Positions 1 to 10,008 are shown, numbered from the stretch's first letter. The stretch: DNA of 64,000 bases from an uncultured cyanobacterium (GCA_963697335.1 CAVONQ010000002.1:32001-96000), one strand, 5' to 3'. Made by a program: numbers and translations. Notes: generated from the letters alone by a model not told the origin.

Positions 1-1187
1 AGCAGGAAGGGAGGAATCTTGGCGCCGCGCTGCTCTTCCGGGGAGGGACTGGGAGTGAATGGAGAGCTGGTGGCGAAGCTCACCGCAGGCCGCTCGGGGC
101 GGTAGGTGGTGCCACCTTCGAAGCCGGTGGCGATCACCGTCACATGGATCTCACCCTCCAGCCGCTCGTCCACCACGGCGCCCACGATGATGTTGGCGTC
201 GGGGTCGACCACGTCATAGATCACCTCCGAGGCCGTGGTCATGTCCTCCAGGGTCATGTCCTTGCCGCCGCTGATGTTGATCACGCAGCCCTTGGCGCCA
301 TCGATGCGGGCCGACTCCAGCAGAGGGCTGCTCATGGCGGCCTGGGCCGCCTCGCTGGCACGGCTGCGACCCGAGCCCACGCCGATGCCGAGCAGGGCGG
401 TGCCGGCATCGGCCATCACCGAGCGCACGTCGGCGAAGTCCACGTTCACCAGGCCGGGCTTGGTGATGATGTCGCTGATGCCCTTGACGCCCATGCGCAA
501 CACGTCATCGGCGGCGCGGAAGGCCTCATTGAGGGGCGCGCCGGCGATCTCATCGCGCAGGCGGTCGTTGGGGATCACGATCAGGGTGTCCACATGCTCG
601 GCCAGCCGGGCAATGCCCTCCTCGGCCTGGCGCATGCGCTTGCGACCCTCGAAGCCGAACGGCTTGGTGACGATGCCCACGGTGAGGGCCCCCACCTCCT
701 TGGCCACCTCCGCCAGGATGGGGGCTGCGCCGGTGCCGGTGCCGCCGCCCATGCCAGCGGCGATGAAGATCAGATCAGCCCCCTGCAGCGACTCCTGCAG
801 CTCAGCCCGGGATTCCTCCGCGGCCTTCTGGCCGATCACGGGATTGCCGCCGGCCCCCAGGCCCCGGGTGAGCTTCTGGCCCAGCTGGGTGCGCTTCTGG
901 GCGGCCGACTGCAACAGGGCCTGGGCGTCAGTGTTGAGCACCCTGTAGCCCAGCCCGTGCAGGTCGGAGGCAATCATCCGGTTGACGGCGTTGCTGCCAC
1001 CTCCACCTACACCGATCACCTCGATCCGGGCCGTCTGGCTGGGAACAATGCCTGCGGCATGGGTCGAGCTATGGGTCATCGCGTCGCGGTTGGCGGAGGC
1101 ACCGTTGGCCGTTGCGCTGATCGACAGCGTAATCGAATCACCGGGTTGGATCGGCGGCACGGAATTGGGGCCGTCGTCTTGCGCCAT
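1..1187 (-). CDS. ftsZ: Cell division protein FtsZ (3' end runs off the window)
   Basis: Manual minus-strand translation gives [26 protein letters not shown], the GMGGGTGTG tubulin motif and VNVDFADV. In-frame ATGs at 1187 and 1079. Follows ftsQ. Confidence 0.97.
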   Translation of the reverse strand, partial: MAQDDGPNSVPPIQPGDSITLSISATANGASANRDAMTHSSTHAAGIVPSQTARIEVIGVGGGGSNAVNRMIASDLHGLGYRVLNTDAQALLQSAAQKRTQLGQKLTRGLGAGGNPVIGQKAAEESRAELQESLQGADLIFIAAGMGGGTGTGAAPILAEVAKEVGALTVGIVTKPFGFEGRKRMRQAEEGIARLAEHVDTLIVIPNDRLRDEIAGAPLNEAFRAADDVLRMGVKGISDIITKPGLVNVDFADVRSVMADAGTALLGIGVGSGRSRASEAAQAAMSSPLLESARIDGAKGCVINISGGKDMTLEDMTTASEVIYDVVDPDANIIVGAVVDERLEGEIHVTVIATGFEGGTTYRPERPAVSFATSSPFTPSPSPEEQRGAKIPPFL

Positions 1188-1345
1188 GGGGCTGGTGTGC
1201 CGGTGAGCTGGGCGCATTATGTCCGCAAGTGGCCTACTTGAGTTTGTTCGATCGCGACCCTTTGCCCGTTTGCCCACGGATCCGGAGTGTCGGTTCCATG
1301 GGCAAAGACGGTTCGAGCCAGGCTTAAGGCCTGTTTAGGGCCCGT

Positions 1346-2161
1346 TTATGGGGAGGGGGGTTTGGGTTTCGGCACCTGCTGCAGAGCCAATTCGGGCTGT
1401 TCCGGATCGGTGAGGTCGAGGGTTTTGAGCGGCTTCCCCTTGAGCTGCGGTGGCAGGGTCTTGACGAGGTGGGCCAGCACGTCCAGGCGGCGGGGGAGCT
1501 GGGCATCGGCTGGGCCCAGGCGCACCAGGCCCAGGCTGGAGCTCCGCAGCCACAGGCCGCCCTCCGGCGCGAATCGGATCTCTGTCAGGTCGCTGCCCAG
1601 CCCGCCACGCCGTTCCAGAACCTCCACCAGTGCCGGGCGATGGCGCGGTTGCCAGCCGCTCACCAACAGGCCGGAAGCACCCTCCCCGGCCATCAGGGCG
1701 CCTTGGCGGCTGTTCATCCAGTGGCCGTAGCGATCCACGAAGCCGGCCTCACTGCCCTTGGGGGTGCGGCGTTGGGCGCGGGCCACGGCCTGGCGGTCGA
1801 TGAGGGTCACCTGCAGCCGCGGCGGTGCCATCAGCCGCGTCACCCGCACCTCCTCCACGGGCAGGGCCTCGGCGAGGGAGGAGGCGACCCGGCTGGGCTG
1901 GAGGTTGAGCAGGGGCTGGGGGAACGTCAGCCCCGCCGCCTGGATCACCTGCTCGGCGCCCACCTGCTTGCTGCCCAGCACCTCCACCTGCCGGGGGTCG
2001 CTGAGGGTCCAGCCCTGGCGCAGCAGCGTGTAGCCCAGGCCGCCGGCGAGGCCGAGCAGCACCAGCAGCCGCCAGCCGTTGCGCAACCGCTCCCGGCGGC
2101 GTTCCAGGCGCAATTGGCGCCTGCGCTCAGCTCCTGGGGGAAGGGGCCTGGACCGACTCAC
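1346..2161 (-). CDS. ftsQ: Cell division protein FtsQ/DivIB (POTRA domain)
   Basis: Basic N-terminus, single TM helix, POTRA-like segment, C-terminal LDLTDPEQP; directly upstream of ftsZ. Confidence 0.9.
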   Translation of the reverse strand: MSRSRPLPPGAERRRQLRLERRRERLRNGWRLLVLLGLAGGLGYTLLRQGWTLSDPRQVEVLGSKQVGAEQVIQAAGLTFPQPLLNLQPSRVASSLAEALPVEEVRVTRLMAPPRLQVTLIDRQAVARAQRRTPKGSEAGFVDRYGHWMNSRQGALMAGEGASGLLVSGWQPRHRPALVEVLERRGGLGSDLTEIRFAPEGGLWLRSSSLGLVRLGPADAQLPRRLDVLAHLVKTLPPQLKGKPLKTLDLTDPEQPELALQQVPKPKPPSP

Positions 2162-2568
2162 AGCTCACAGCGGGAACTGGCCATCAGTTCATCCATCCAG
2201 CGCCGGGCCCGCTCAGCATCGGCGAAGGGGAGGTCATTCTGGGCGCCGCCCCCCACCAGGCGCAGCCTGCAGGCCCCCTGGGATTCCTCGGTGAGGGGCG
2301 CCTCGCCCGATCCGAGCGCCAGCAGTTCCACCAGCTCCAGTTGCTTGATGCTGAAGGAGCCCTGCTCCACCAGGGCACCGGCATGGAAGGTGCTCCAGCT
2401 CAGCACCCCGTCCACCAGCCTGGCGGCGCCGCAGCCGTCGAGCTTGGCCAGTTCGGAACCCTCGGCCCAGTCCCGGAACAGCTGTTGCCGCCGCCGCTCC
2501 AGCCAGCCCAGGGAGGTCAGTAGCACAAAGACGAGAAGCAGGGGCAGCCAGAGCAAGCCGTGAATCAT
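2158..2568 (-). CDS. Conserved cyanobacterial membrane-anchored hypothetical protein
   Basis: N-terminal TM ([21 protein letters not shown]), [11 protein letters not shown] motif; overlaps ddl and ftsQ by 4 nt each. Confidence 0.8.
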   Translation of the reverse strand: MIHGLLWLPLLLVFVLLTSLGWLERRRQQLFRDWAEGSELAKLDGCGAARLVDGVLSWSTFHAGALVEQGSFSIKQLELVELLALGSGEAPLTEESQGACRLRLVGGGAQNDLPFADAERARRWMDELMASSRCEL

Positions 2569-3698
2569 GGGGAGACTCCTTCGAAGCGTCCTGGGGCTGG
2601 GTTAGCAGGTGTAGGCCACTCCAGGGCGGCCTGAATCAGTTCATCCACCAGGGTGTCCAGATCTACGCCCGTGGCCTGCCAAAGCATCGGATACATGCTG
2701 AGGCTGGTGAAGCCCGGCAGGGTGTTGATTTCATTGAGCCAGAGGCAGCCGCTCTCCGCTTCGCCCTCGGTGTAGAAGAAATCGACCCGGGCCAGGCCCG
2801 AGGCGTTCAGGGCCTCGCAGGCCTGCACGGCCATGCTGCGGGCCCGCTCCGCCACCGCTTCGGGCACCGGCGCCGGGATCAGGGTGTGGCTCCTGCCATC
2901 GCTGTACTTGGTCTCGTAGTCGTACCAGTCGGCGTCGAAGCGGATTTCGCCCAGCACCGAGGCGCTGTAGGGCCTGGGGCCGCCGCCCCGTATGGCGCAC
3001 TCCAGCTCCCGGGCCGTGATGCCCTGCTCCACCACCACCCGGGGATCGAGGCCGGCGGCGCTGCGCAGGCCCGCCAGAAGGGAGGGTCGATCCCTGGCCT
3101 TGCTGATGCCTACGGAGGATCCCAGGTTGGCGGGCTTCACGAAGCAGGGGTAGCTGAGCAGGGCCTCCAGCCGATCCAGCACGGCCTCGGCATCGGCCTG
3201 GAGCTCGGCGGCGGTCACCGCGGCATAGGGGACCTGGGGTAGGCCTGATGCGGCAAAGGCGGCCTTCATGGCCAGCTTGTCCATGCCCACGGCCGAACCG
3301 AGCACCCCGGAGCCCACGAACGGCACCTGCATCAGGGCGAACAAGCCCTGGATCGTGCCGTCCTCGCCATTGGGGCCGTGCAGCACCGGGAACCACACCT
3401 CCACCGCCAGGGCTGCATCGGGAAAGCCCTGGAAGCCGGGGCGCTCCGCCCCGGGGGCGAGCTGGGCTGCGTTGGCAGGAGTTCCCTGGGCCAGCACCCG
3501 GTCGGCCAGCTCCGGACCCCACCAGCGGCCGCGCTGATCGATGTAGAAGCAGCTCAGGGCGTAGCGGGCCGCATTGGCTGGAGCCCGCAGGGCGGCGGCC
3601 ACCGTGGCGGCCGAGCGGATGGCGATGGCGTGCTCCCCGGAAGCTCCGCCGAAGATCAGGCCCACGTGGATCCGGCCTTGGCTTGGGGCAGGGGTCAT
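2565..3698 (-). CDS. ddl: D-alanine--D-alanine ligase
   Basis: [43 protein letters not shown] and [10 protein letters not shown] motifs. Confidence 0.97.
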   Translation of the reverse strand: MTPAPSQGRIHVGLIFGGASGEHAIAIRSAATVAAALRAPANAARYALSCFYIDQRGRWWGPELADRVLAQGTPANAAQLAPGAERPGFQGFPDAALAVEVWFPVLHGPNGEDGTIQGLFALMQVPFVGSGVLGSAVGMDKLAMKAAFAASGLPQVPYAAVTAAELQADAEAVLDRLEALLSYPCFVKPANLGSSVGISKARDRPSLLAGLRSAAGLDPRVVVEQGITARELECAIRGGGPRPYSASVLGEIRFDADWYDYETKYSDGRSHTLIPAPVPEAVAERARSMAVQACEALNASGLARVDFFYTEGEAESGCLWLNEINTLPGFTSLSMYPMLWQATGVDLDTLVDELIQAALEWPTPANPAPGRFEGVSP

Positions 3699-3727
3699 CG
3701 CGGCGGGCAGCCATCCCAGGCTGGAAC

Positions 3728-5152
3728 TCAGGCCAGTGTGCCGCTCAGCGAGAAGGCACGCACCTCCTCGATGCGCACGTTCACCAGATTGCCGGCCTGA
3801 ACGGCCGGAGCGCCTGAGCCAGGGCCGGCGCCGGCCCGCTGATCAGCGCTGAAGAACGTGAGCCGGTTGGTGCGGGTGCGGCCCATCCACTGGCTGGCCT
3901 GGCGGGGGTTGGGGCCCTCCACCAGCACCTGCTCGAGGCGGTTCTGGTAGCGGGCGCTGCGCAGCCGTGCTGTGCGCTCCACCAGGGCATTGAGCTCCTG
4001 CAGGCGCTCCACCTTGACGGCCTCGCTGAGCTGGTCAGGCCAGTCTGCGGCTGGGGTGTTGGGCCGTGGCGAGTAGGCGGCGGTGTTCACCTGATCGAAG
4101 CCGATCTCCTCGATCAGGGCCAGGGTTCGGCGGAACTGGGCGTCGGTTTCGCCGGGAAACGCCACGATCACATCGGCGCTGATCGCCGCATCGGGCATGC
4201 GCTCACGGATGCGGGCCAGGATGCGGCGGTAGCGCTCCACGGTGTAGCCCCGGGCCATTGCCTTCAGCACGGCGTCATCGCCGCTCTGGAAGGGAATATG
4301 GAAATGCTCACACACCTTCGGCAGGGCGGCGCAGGCGTCGATCAGCCGCTCGGTGAAGTAGCGGGGGTGGCTGGTGGCAAAGCGGATCCGCTCCAGGCCC
4401 TCCACGTCGTGCACGTGGTGCAGCAGGTCGGTGAGGGTGTGGCGGCGGCGCCCTTCGGGCGTGATGCCAGGCAGGTCGCGGCCATAGGCATCGATGTTCT
4501 GCCCCAGCAGGGTGATCTCGCGGAAGCCCCGGGCCGCCAGCCCCTCCATCTCCAGGCGGATGGCCTCGGGCAGACGGCTCTGCTCCACACCCCGCACCGA
4601 TGGCACCACGCAGTAGGTGCAGCGCTCGTTGCAGCCGTAGATCACATTCACCCAGGCGCACACAGCGCTGTCGCGGCGGGCGGTGGTGATGTCCTCGAGG
4701 ATGTGGTGCTCGCCGGTGGCCACCACCTGCTGGCCCTGCTCCACCTGGGCCAGCAGGGTGTCGAGGCGGTTGGCGTGCTGGGGGCCCATCACCAGATCGA
4801 GCTCCGGCACGCGCCGCAGCAGCGCCTCGCCCTCCTGCTGGGCCACGCAGCCGGCCACCACCAGGGTGAGGTGGGGGTTGAGGCGCTTGCGCTGGGCCTG
4901 GCGACCCAGGTAGCTGTACACCTTCTGTTCGGCGTTGTCGCGGATGGTGCAGGTGTTGTAGAGCACCAGATCGGCGCTGAGCTCGGCGCTGGCCTGGCGA
5001 TAGCCCATCGTCTCCAGGATCCCGGCCATGCGTTCGGAATCCGCCTTGTTCATCTGGCAGCCGAAGGTGGTGATCCAGTAGCTGCCCCGCCCCGGCAGCG
5101 GGGCGCTCGGCGCAGGGGGGGCTGCCAGTTGGCGGGAGTGGGTTGCCGTCAT
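3728..5152 (-). CDS. miaB: tRNA-2-methylthio-N6-dimethylallyladenosine synthase MiaB
   Basis: [24 protein letters not shown], radical-[11 protein letters not shown] and C-terminal TRAM domain. Confidence 0.97.
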   Translation of the reverse strand: MTATHSRQLAAPPAPSAPLPGRGSYWITTFGCQMNKADSERMAGILETMGYRQASAELSADLVLYNTCTIRDNAEQKVYSYLGRQAQRKRLNPHLTLVVAGCVAQQEGEALLRRVPELDLVMGPQHANRLDTLLAQVEQGQQVVATGEHHILEDITTARRDSAVCAWVNVIYGCNERCTYCVVPSVRGVEQSRLPEAIRLEMEGLAARGFREITLLGQNIDAYGRDLPGITPEGRRRHTLTDLLHHVHDVEGLERIRFATSHPRYFTERLIDACAALPKVCEHFHIPFQSGDDAVLKAMARGYTVERYRRILARIRERMPDAAISADVIVAFPGETDAQFRRTLALIEEIGFDQVNTAAYSPRPNTPAADWPDQLSEAVKVERLQELNALVERTARLRSARYQNRLEQVLVEGPNPRQASQWMGRTRTNRLTFFSADQRAGAGPGSGAPAVQAGNLVNVRIEEVRAFSLSGTLA

Positions 5153-5188
5153 CACGCCATTTTCCCGCATGGCGGCTGGGGGCCGGCC

Positions 5189-7033
5189 TCAGCCCTCCTC
5201 CAGCAGCACCAGCTCCTGGTTGGTGCGGGCCAGCTTGCAGGCCAGCTCGCCATGCAGCAACCGCATCAGCTGGATCAGCACGGCGGGATGCTGCCGCTCC
5301 AGCTGCTCGAGGCCCTCGCGGCCCAACACCAGGCAGCTGCCCGGCGCTTCGGCCAGCACATCGGCGCTGCCCTCGCCGCTGCCCAGGAAGGCCACCTCGC
5401 CGAACCAGCAGCCGGCGCCGAAGCTGGCGAGGCGGCCCTGGCGCCCTTGGGAGCCCTCGGCGTTCAGCACGCTGAAGCGGCCCGATTCGATCAGAAACAG
5501 ATCGCTGCCCGGGCTGCCGCCCCGGCAGGCCAGCTCTCCGGCCTGGAACCGCCGCCGCTGCAGCAGGGGCTCGAGCACGCGGCGGCTGGCTTCCGGCAGG
5601 CGCTCCAGCAGTCCAGGACGCTGCTGCGGGGGCAGGAGGGCTTCAGGGGCGGGCCGTTCCGCCAGCAGCAGCTCCTCGGCATGCTCCAACGCCTCATCCA
5701 GGCAGGAAAAGGTCCTCAGCCAGGGGGGTGGGGTCGGCTCGCCGACACCGGTGGGCAACAGCGCTGCGCCATGTCTGCCCAGGCAGAGCAGCACGGTGGT
5801 GGGCCTGGAGCCAAGGCTGCCGAGTTGCTGCCGCATCAGCCTGGCGCCCACGGGGGGCAGGCTGGTGACCCGGCCCAGGTCGAGCACCAGCACCGATCCC
5901 GCCGTGCACTTGCGGTCGATCTCCGCCAGCAGCTCCTCGCTGGCCGCGAAATCGAGCCCCCCCTGCACCTCCAGCAGCTTCAGCCGGGCCCCCTGGCGAT
6001 CGAGCCAATCGCGCTCCCCCTGGTGGCGCCAGCGGCGCGAATGGCGCCGGCAGCCGTCGCTGCTGGTGCGCAGGCAGCGCCCCGCCGGGGCGGGCTGGTT
6101 GAACAGGTGCAGATCCAGCTGCCGGGACAACCACTCGCACACCGCAATGCCCCGAACGGAGTTGCCCAGGCTGTCCAGGGGCGGGGAGTACACCGCCAGG
6201 CCAAGACGGCCGGGCACCACGGCCAGCAGGCCGCCGGCCACGCCGCTCTTGGCCGGCATGCCCACATCGTGCAGCCACTGGCCGGCGTAGTCGTACATGC
6301 CGCAGCTGCCCATCACGGCCAGCACGTTGGTGGTGGTCTGCGGCTCGATCACGCTGACGCCGGTGCGGGGATGGCGGCCCTGGCAGGCGAGGGTGGCGGC
6401 CATGCTGGCCAGATCGAGGCAGGTGACCGACACGGCGCACTGCCGGAAATAGAGCTGCAGGCTCGGCTCGGGGTCGGTGTTGATGATCCCGAACTGGCGC
6501 AGCAGATGGCCGATGGCACGGTTGCGGTGGCCGCTGTCCCGCTCGGAGCGGAACACGGCCTCATCCACCGCCAGGGGCCGGCCGGCCAGGCTCGAATAGA
6601 AATCGAGCAGCAGGGCCTCGGCCCGGTCGGAGGCCTGGGCCATCACCTGGGCCGTGGTGGCGATCGCGCCGGCATTGATCATCGGGTTGCGCGGCCGGCC
6701 CGACCCCCCGTCCAGGCTGATGGCGTTGAAGGCATCCCCCGAGGGCTCCACTCCCACCGTCTGCAGCAGCTGCTCCGCCGGCAGCAGCTTCAGGGCCAGG
6801 GCATAGGTGAACGGCTTGGAGATGGACTGAATCGTGAAGCACTCAGCGGCGTCTCCGACGCTGTACACATGCCCGTTGGTGGTGGCCAGGGCAATGCCGA
6901 AGTGGTCGGGGTTGGCCTTGGCCAGCTCCGGGATGTAGCGGGCCGGCTGGCCATCGCTCAGGCCTGAGAAGCGGGCGTGCGCCTCCTCAAGAATCTCCTG
7001 GATCGCCGTGGCGTTGACGCTGGACGGGGCCAT
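5189..7033 (-). CDS. glsA: Glutaminase A fused to STAS and cyclic-nucleotide-binding-like domains
   Basis: YIPELAK, catalytic QSISKPF (SxxK), PRNPMINAGAI, GMYDYAGQW, PAKSGVAGG, GNSVRG; then STAS-like LEVQGGLDFA...VLDLGRVTSL and cNMP-like LFLIESG...FGEVAFL. Start taken at ATG 7033. Confidence 0.92.
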   Translation of the reverse strand: MAPSSVNATAIQEILEEAHARFSGLSDGQPARYIPELAKANPDHFGIALATTNGHVYSVGDAAECFTIQSISKPFTYALALKLLPAEQLLQTVGVEPSGDAFNAISLDGGSGRPRNPMINAGAIATTAQVMAQASDRAEALLLDFYSSLAGRPLAVDEAVFRSERDSGHRNRAIGHLLRQFGIINTDPEPSLQLYFRQCAVSVTCLDLASMAATLACQGRHPRTGVSVIEPQTTTNVLAVMGSCGMYDYAGQWLHDVGMPAKSGVAGGLLAVVPGRLGLAVYSPPLDSLGNSVRGIAVCEWLSRQLDLHLFNQPAPAGRCLRTSSDGCRRHSRRWRHQGERDWLDRQGARLKLLEVQGGLDFAASEELLAEIDRKCTAGSVLVLDLGRVTSLPPVGARLMRQQLGSLGSRPTTVLLCLGRHGAALLPTGVGEPTPPPWLRTFSCLDEALEHAEELLLAERPAPEALLPPQQRPGLLERLPEASRRVLEPLLQRRRFQAGELACRGGSPGSDLFLIESGRFSVLNAEGSQGRQGRLASFGAGCWFGEVAFLGSGEGSADVLAEAPGSCLVLGREGLEQLERQHPAVLIQLMRLLHGELACKLARTNQELVLLEEG

Positions 7034-7190
7034 CGCGAGGCTGCGGGGGGCGGGCCGATGCCGGGGCCGATCCCGGGGCCGGCATCGGCCAGAAGTCTGG
7101 AGTGCGGCCCGGCTGACCCCCATGGACATCGGCTCGCCCAGCCCCGTGCCAGCGTGGCCTCCACGCTGCACCCGTCAGGGCTCCAAGCTG

Positions 7191-9375
7191 ATGCGCTGCC
7201 GCCTGCGCCCGTTCCCCCTCACCAAGGCTGTGCCCCTGGCGATCAGCCGCGGCAGCACCAGCGCGGTGGAGCATCTCCTGGTGGAGGTGAGCCACGAGGG
7301 CCTCACGGGCCTGGGCGAGACCGGTGGTTTCGATACGGGCCATCGCCACTACAGCACCGAGGCCATCGCCGCTGAACTGGAGGCCCTGGCCCCGCGCCTG
7401 CAGGGGGCCTCACCCCTGGTGCCCCAGAGCCTGGAGCCATGGCTGGCCCAGCTCTCGCCCCCCGCCCGCTGCGGCCTCGACCTGGCCTTGCACGACTGGC
7501 GGGGCAAGTGCTTCGGCCAGCCCCTCTGGCGGCTCTGGGGCCTGGATCCAGGCGCCTGTGTCGCCACCAGCGTCACCCTGGGGCTCGGCACGCCCGCGGC
7601 GGTGCTGGCGCGGCTCGAGCGCTGGTGGCAGCAGCTGCCCGCCACCCGCATCAAGCTCAAGCTGGGCAGCCCGGAGGGCCTCGACCACGATCGCGCCCTG
7701 CTCCAGGCGGTGGCGGAGGCCCTGGAGCGCAAACGGCAGCAGGGCTGGCCCAGCCTGTGAACTGCAGGTGGATGCGAACGGGGGCTGGAGCCTGGAGGAC
7801 GCCCTTTGCATGCTGCCCGAGCTCCAGGCCCATGGGGTGGTGCTGCTGGAGCAGCCGCTGGAGCCGCAGCTGGATCGGCAGCGCGACACGGCCGGCTTTG
7901 CGGCCCTGCATCCCCACTGCCCCCTGCCCCTGGTGGCCGACGAGAGCTGCTGGAACCTGGAGGATCTGCTGCGGCTGGCCCCCCACACCGATGGGGTCAA
8001 CATCAAGCTGCTCAAGAGCGGTGGGCTCACCCAGGCCCTGCTGATGGCGGAGACGGCGCGGCAGCTGGGCCTGGGGGTGATGCTCGGCTGCTACTCCGAC
8101 GGCGCCCTGCTCAATGGCGCCGCGGCCCAGCTGCTGCCGCTGGTGCGCTGGCCGGATCTCGACAGCCACCTCAACCTGGTGGACGACCCCTTCACGGGCC
8201 TGGACTGCCTGGGCGACCAGCTGGTGCTGCCCAGCGGCCCCGGGCTGGGCATCGACGTGCCGGCGGCCTGGTCGGCGCCGCAGCCCGCCCCCACCACCCT
8301 GCAGCCCCAGGATCCGGTGGTGCTGCTGCTGCATGAGGGCCTCGACAACCTCTCCGGCAAGACCGGATTGGCAATGCTGCGCTATCGGCCCGGGCCGCTG
8401 CTGGCCGTGGTGGATCCTGCCCATGCCGGCCGATCCCTGAAGGAGGTGACCGGCATCGATCGCGCTGTGCCGGTGCTGGAGAGCGTGGCGGCGGCCCTGC
8501 CCCTGGGGCCTGCGGTGGCGGTGGTGGGGCTGGCACCCTCCGGGGGGCAGCTGCCGCCGGCGCTGCGGGCCGACCTGGCCACGGCCCTGGGGGCGGGCTG
8601 GTCGGTGGCGAGCGGGCTGCACAGCCGCATCGGCGCTGATCCAGGGCTGGCGGCCCTGCGGGCCCCCGGGGCCTGGATCTGGGATCTGCGCCAGGAGCCA
8701 CCCGGGCTGGTGGTGGCGGCCGGCAGGGCGGCGGCTTTGCCCTGCCGGCGCCTGCTGGCCGTGGGCAGCGACATGGCCGTGGGCAAGATGAGCGCCTGCC
8801 TGGAGTTACTGGCGGAAGCGCGGCGGCGCGGCCGGGAGGCGCGCTTCGTGGGCACCGGCCAGGCCGGCATCCTGATCGCCGGCTGCGGCGTGCCCCTGGA
8901 CGCCGTGCGGGTCGACTACGCCGCCGGTGCCGTGGAGGCCGCCGTGCTCGAGGCGGGCGCTGGCCTGGGCCCGCACGGCCTGCTGCTGGTGGAGGGTCAG
9001 GGCTCCCTCTGCCACCCGGGCTCCACCGCCACCTTGGCCCTGCTGCGGGGCAGCCAGCCCACCGAGTTGCTGCTGGTGCACCGGGCCGGCCAGCACCACA
9101 TCAAGGGTCTTCCCCACCTGGCGATCCCACCGCTGGGGGAGCTGATCGCTGTGGTGGAGGGCCTGGCGGCCCTGGGCCGCGGCGATGGCCTGCGGCCCAG
9201 GGTGCGGGCGGTGGCCCTCAACACCGCGCAGCTGTCGGAGCAGGAGGCCGTTGAGGCCACAGCCCGCACGGCGGAGCAGCTGGGGCTCCCCTGCGCCGAT
9301 CCCGTGCGCCACGGCGCCGGGATGCTTCTGGAGGCCCTGGATGGGTCAGCCGGGGCTGATCTCCTGGCCTCCTGA
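7191..9375 (+). pseudogene. Dipeptide (L-Ala-D/L-Glu) epimerase / DgcA-like enolase-superfamily domain fused to a DUF1611 (DgcN-like) domain, interrupted by a +1 frameshift near 7742-7760 (real lesion or sequencing error)
   Basis: Frame A (7191-7760): PLAISRG, GLGE, IKLKLG. Frame B (from about 7745): VDANGGW, LLEQP, VADES, NIKLLKSGG, DLDSHL, continuing without a stop into LSGKTG, GSDMAVGKMS, GTGQAGILI, VEGQGSLCHPG, LLRGSQP. Confidence 0.85.
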
Positions 9376-9399
9376 TGGACCCCTGAGTGGGGCTGGAAG

Positions 9400-9473
9400 G
9401 GCGAGCGAGGGGATTCGAACCCCCGAATAGCGGCGCCACAAGCCGCTGCCTTAACCACTTGGCGACGCCCGCC
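9400..9473 (-). tRNA. tRNA-His (GUG)
   Basis: Reverse complement GGCGGGCGTCGCCAAGTGGTTAAGGCAGCGGCTTGTGGCGCCGCTATTCGGGGGTTCGAATCCCCTCGCTCGCC folds as a cloverleaf with anticodon GTG, G-1 and C discriminator. Confidence 0.97.
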
Positions 9474-9600
9474 ATGGCGACGCCAATGTACCAAGTCGTG
9501 GGCTGGCCTCCGGGGCTGGCCAGGGGCTCCCGCACGGCGAGGAACCCCTCCTCCTGATGCCAGGCTGGCAGCACTCTCAGCCGCCTCCGCCCTGCCTGAC

Positions 9601-10008
9601 TTGCGCCGCTCCGCCTGGTGTGCCCCCCTGGTGGCAGGCGCCGCCCTGCTCGGTGGGGCCGGGGGCATGCTGGCCTGGACCAACCCCGGCCCCACCGAGT
9701 TCGCCGACTTCGCCGCGGACCGGTTGGTGCTGGAGATCTCCAGCCGGATGTGTGAGAGCAGCAGCCTGCCCTCCGTGCTGGGCCTGGCGGCGGCCGACTG
9801 CGCCGCCCTGGTGGCCTCCCAGCGCACCGCCCTGGGCGAGCTGGTGCAGCGGCAGACCCGCCGCACCAATCTCGGGCTGTTGAGCATCTATCACAGCCAG
9901 CTGGGGGGGCAGCAGGTGCTGCGCTGGCAAGTGCCCCGGTTTGAGGCCACGGTGGTGGGCCTGGCCGGCCGGTTCGTGATCGTGCAGGCGCGGGAGCCGG
10001 GTTCATGA
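9601..10008 (+). CDS. DUF4359-like conserved cyanobacterial protein
   Basis: Signal/TM segment then TNPGPTEFADFA, two Cys, TRRTNLGLLSIY, VVGLAGRF. Confidence 0.75.
   Translation: MRRSAWCAPLVAGAALLGGAGGMLAWTNPGPTEFADFAADRLVLEISSRMCESSSLPSVLGLAAADCAALVASQRTALGELVQRQTRRTNLGLLSIYHSQLGGQQVLRWQVPRFEATVVGLAGRFVIVQAREPGS

Noticed and set aside
4298..6967. 889-aa + strand ORF, and similar long ORFs such as 144-1241, 11379-13361, 18947-20827, 24326-25810, 38488-40260 and 48304-49920
   Set aside because: Antisense or alternative-frame shadows of well-supported genes, expected at about 70% GC; no recognisable motifs.
9376..9480. tRNA-His 3' end as an integration site for the glsA/epimerase region
   Set aside because: No duplicated tRNA 3' fragment, no integrase and no GC shift seen.
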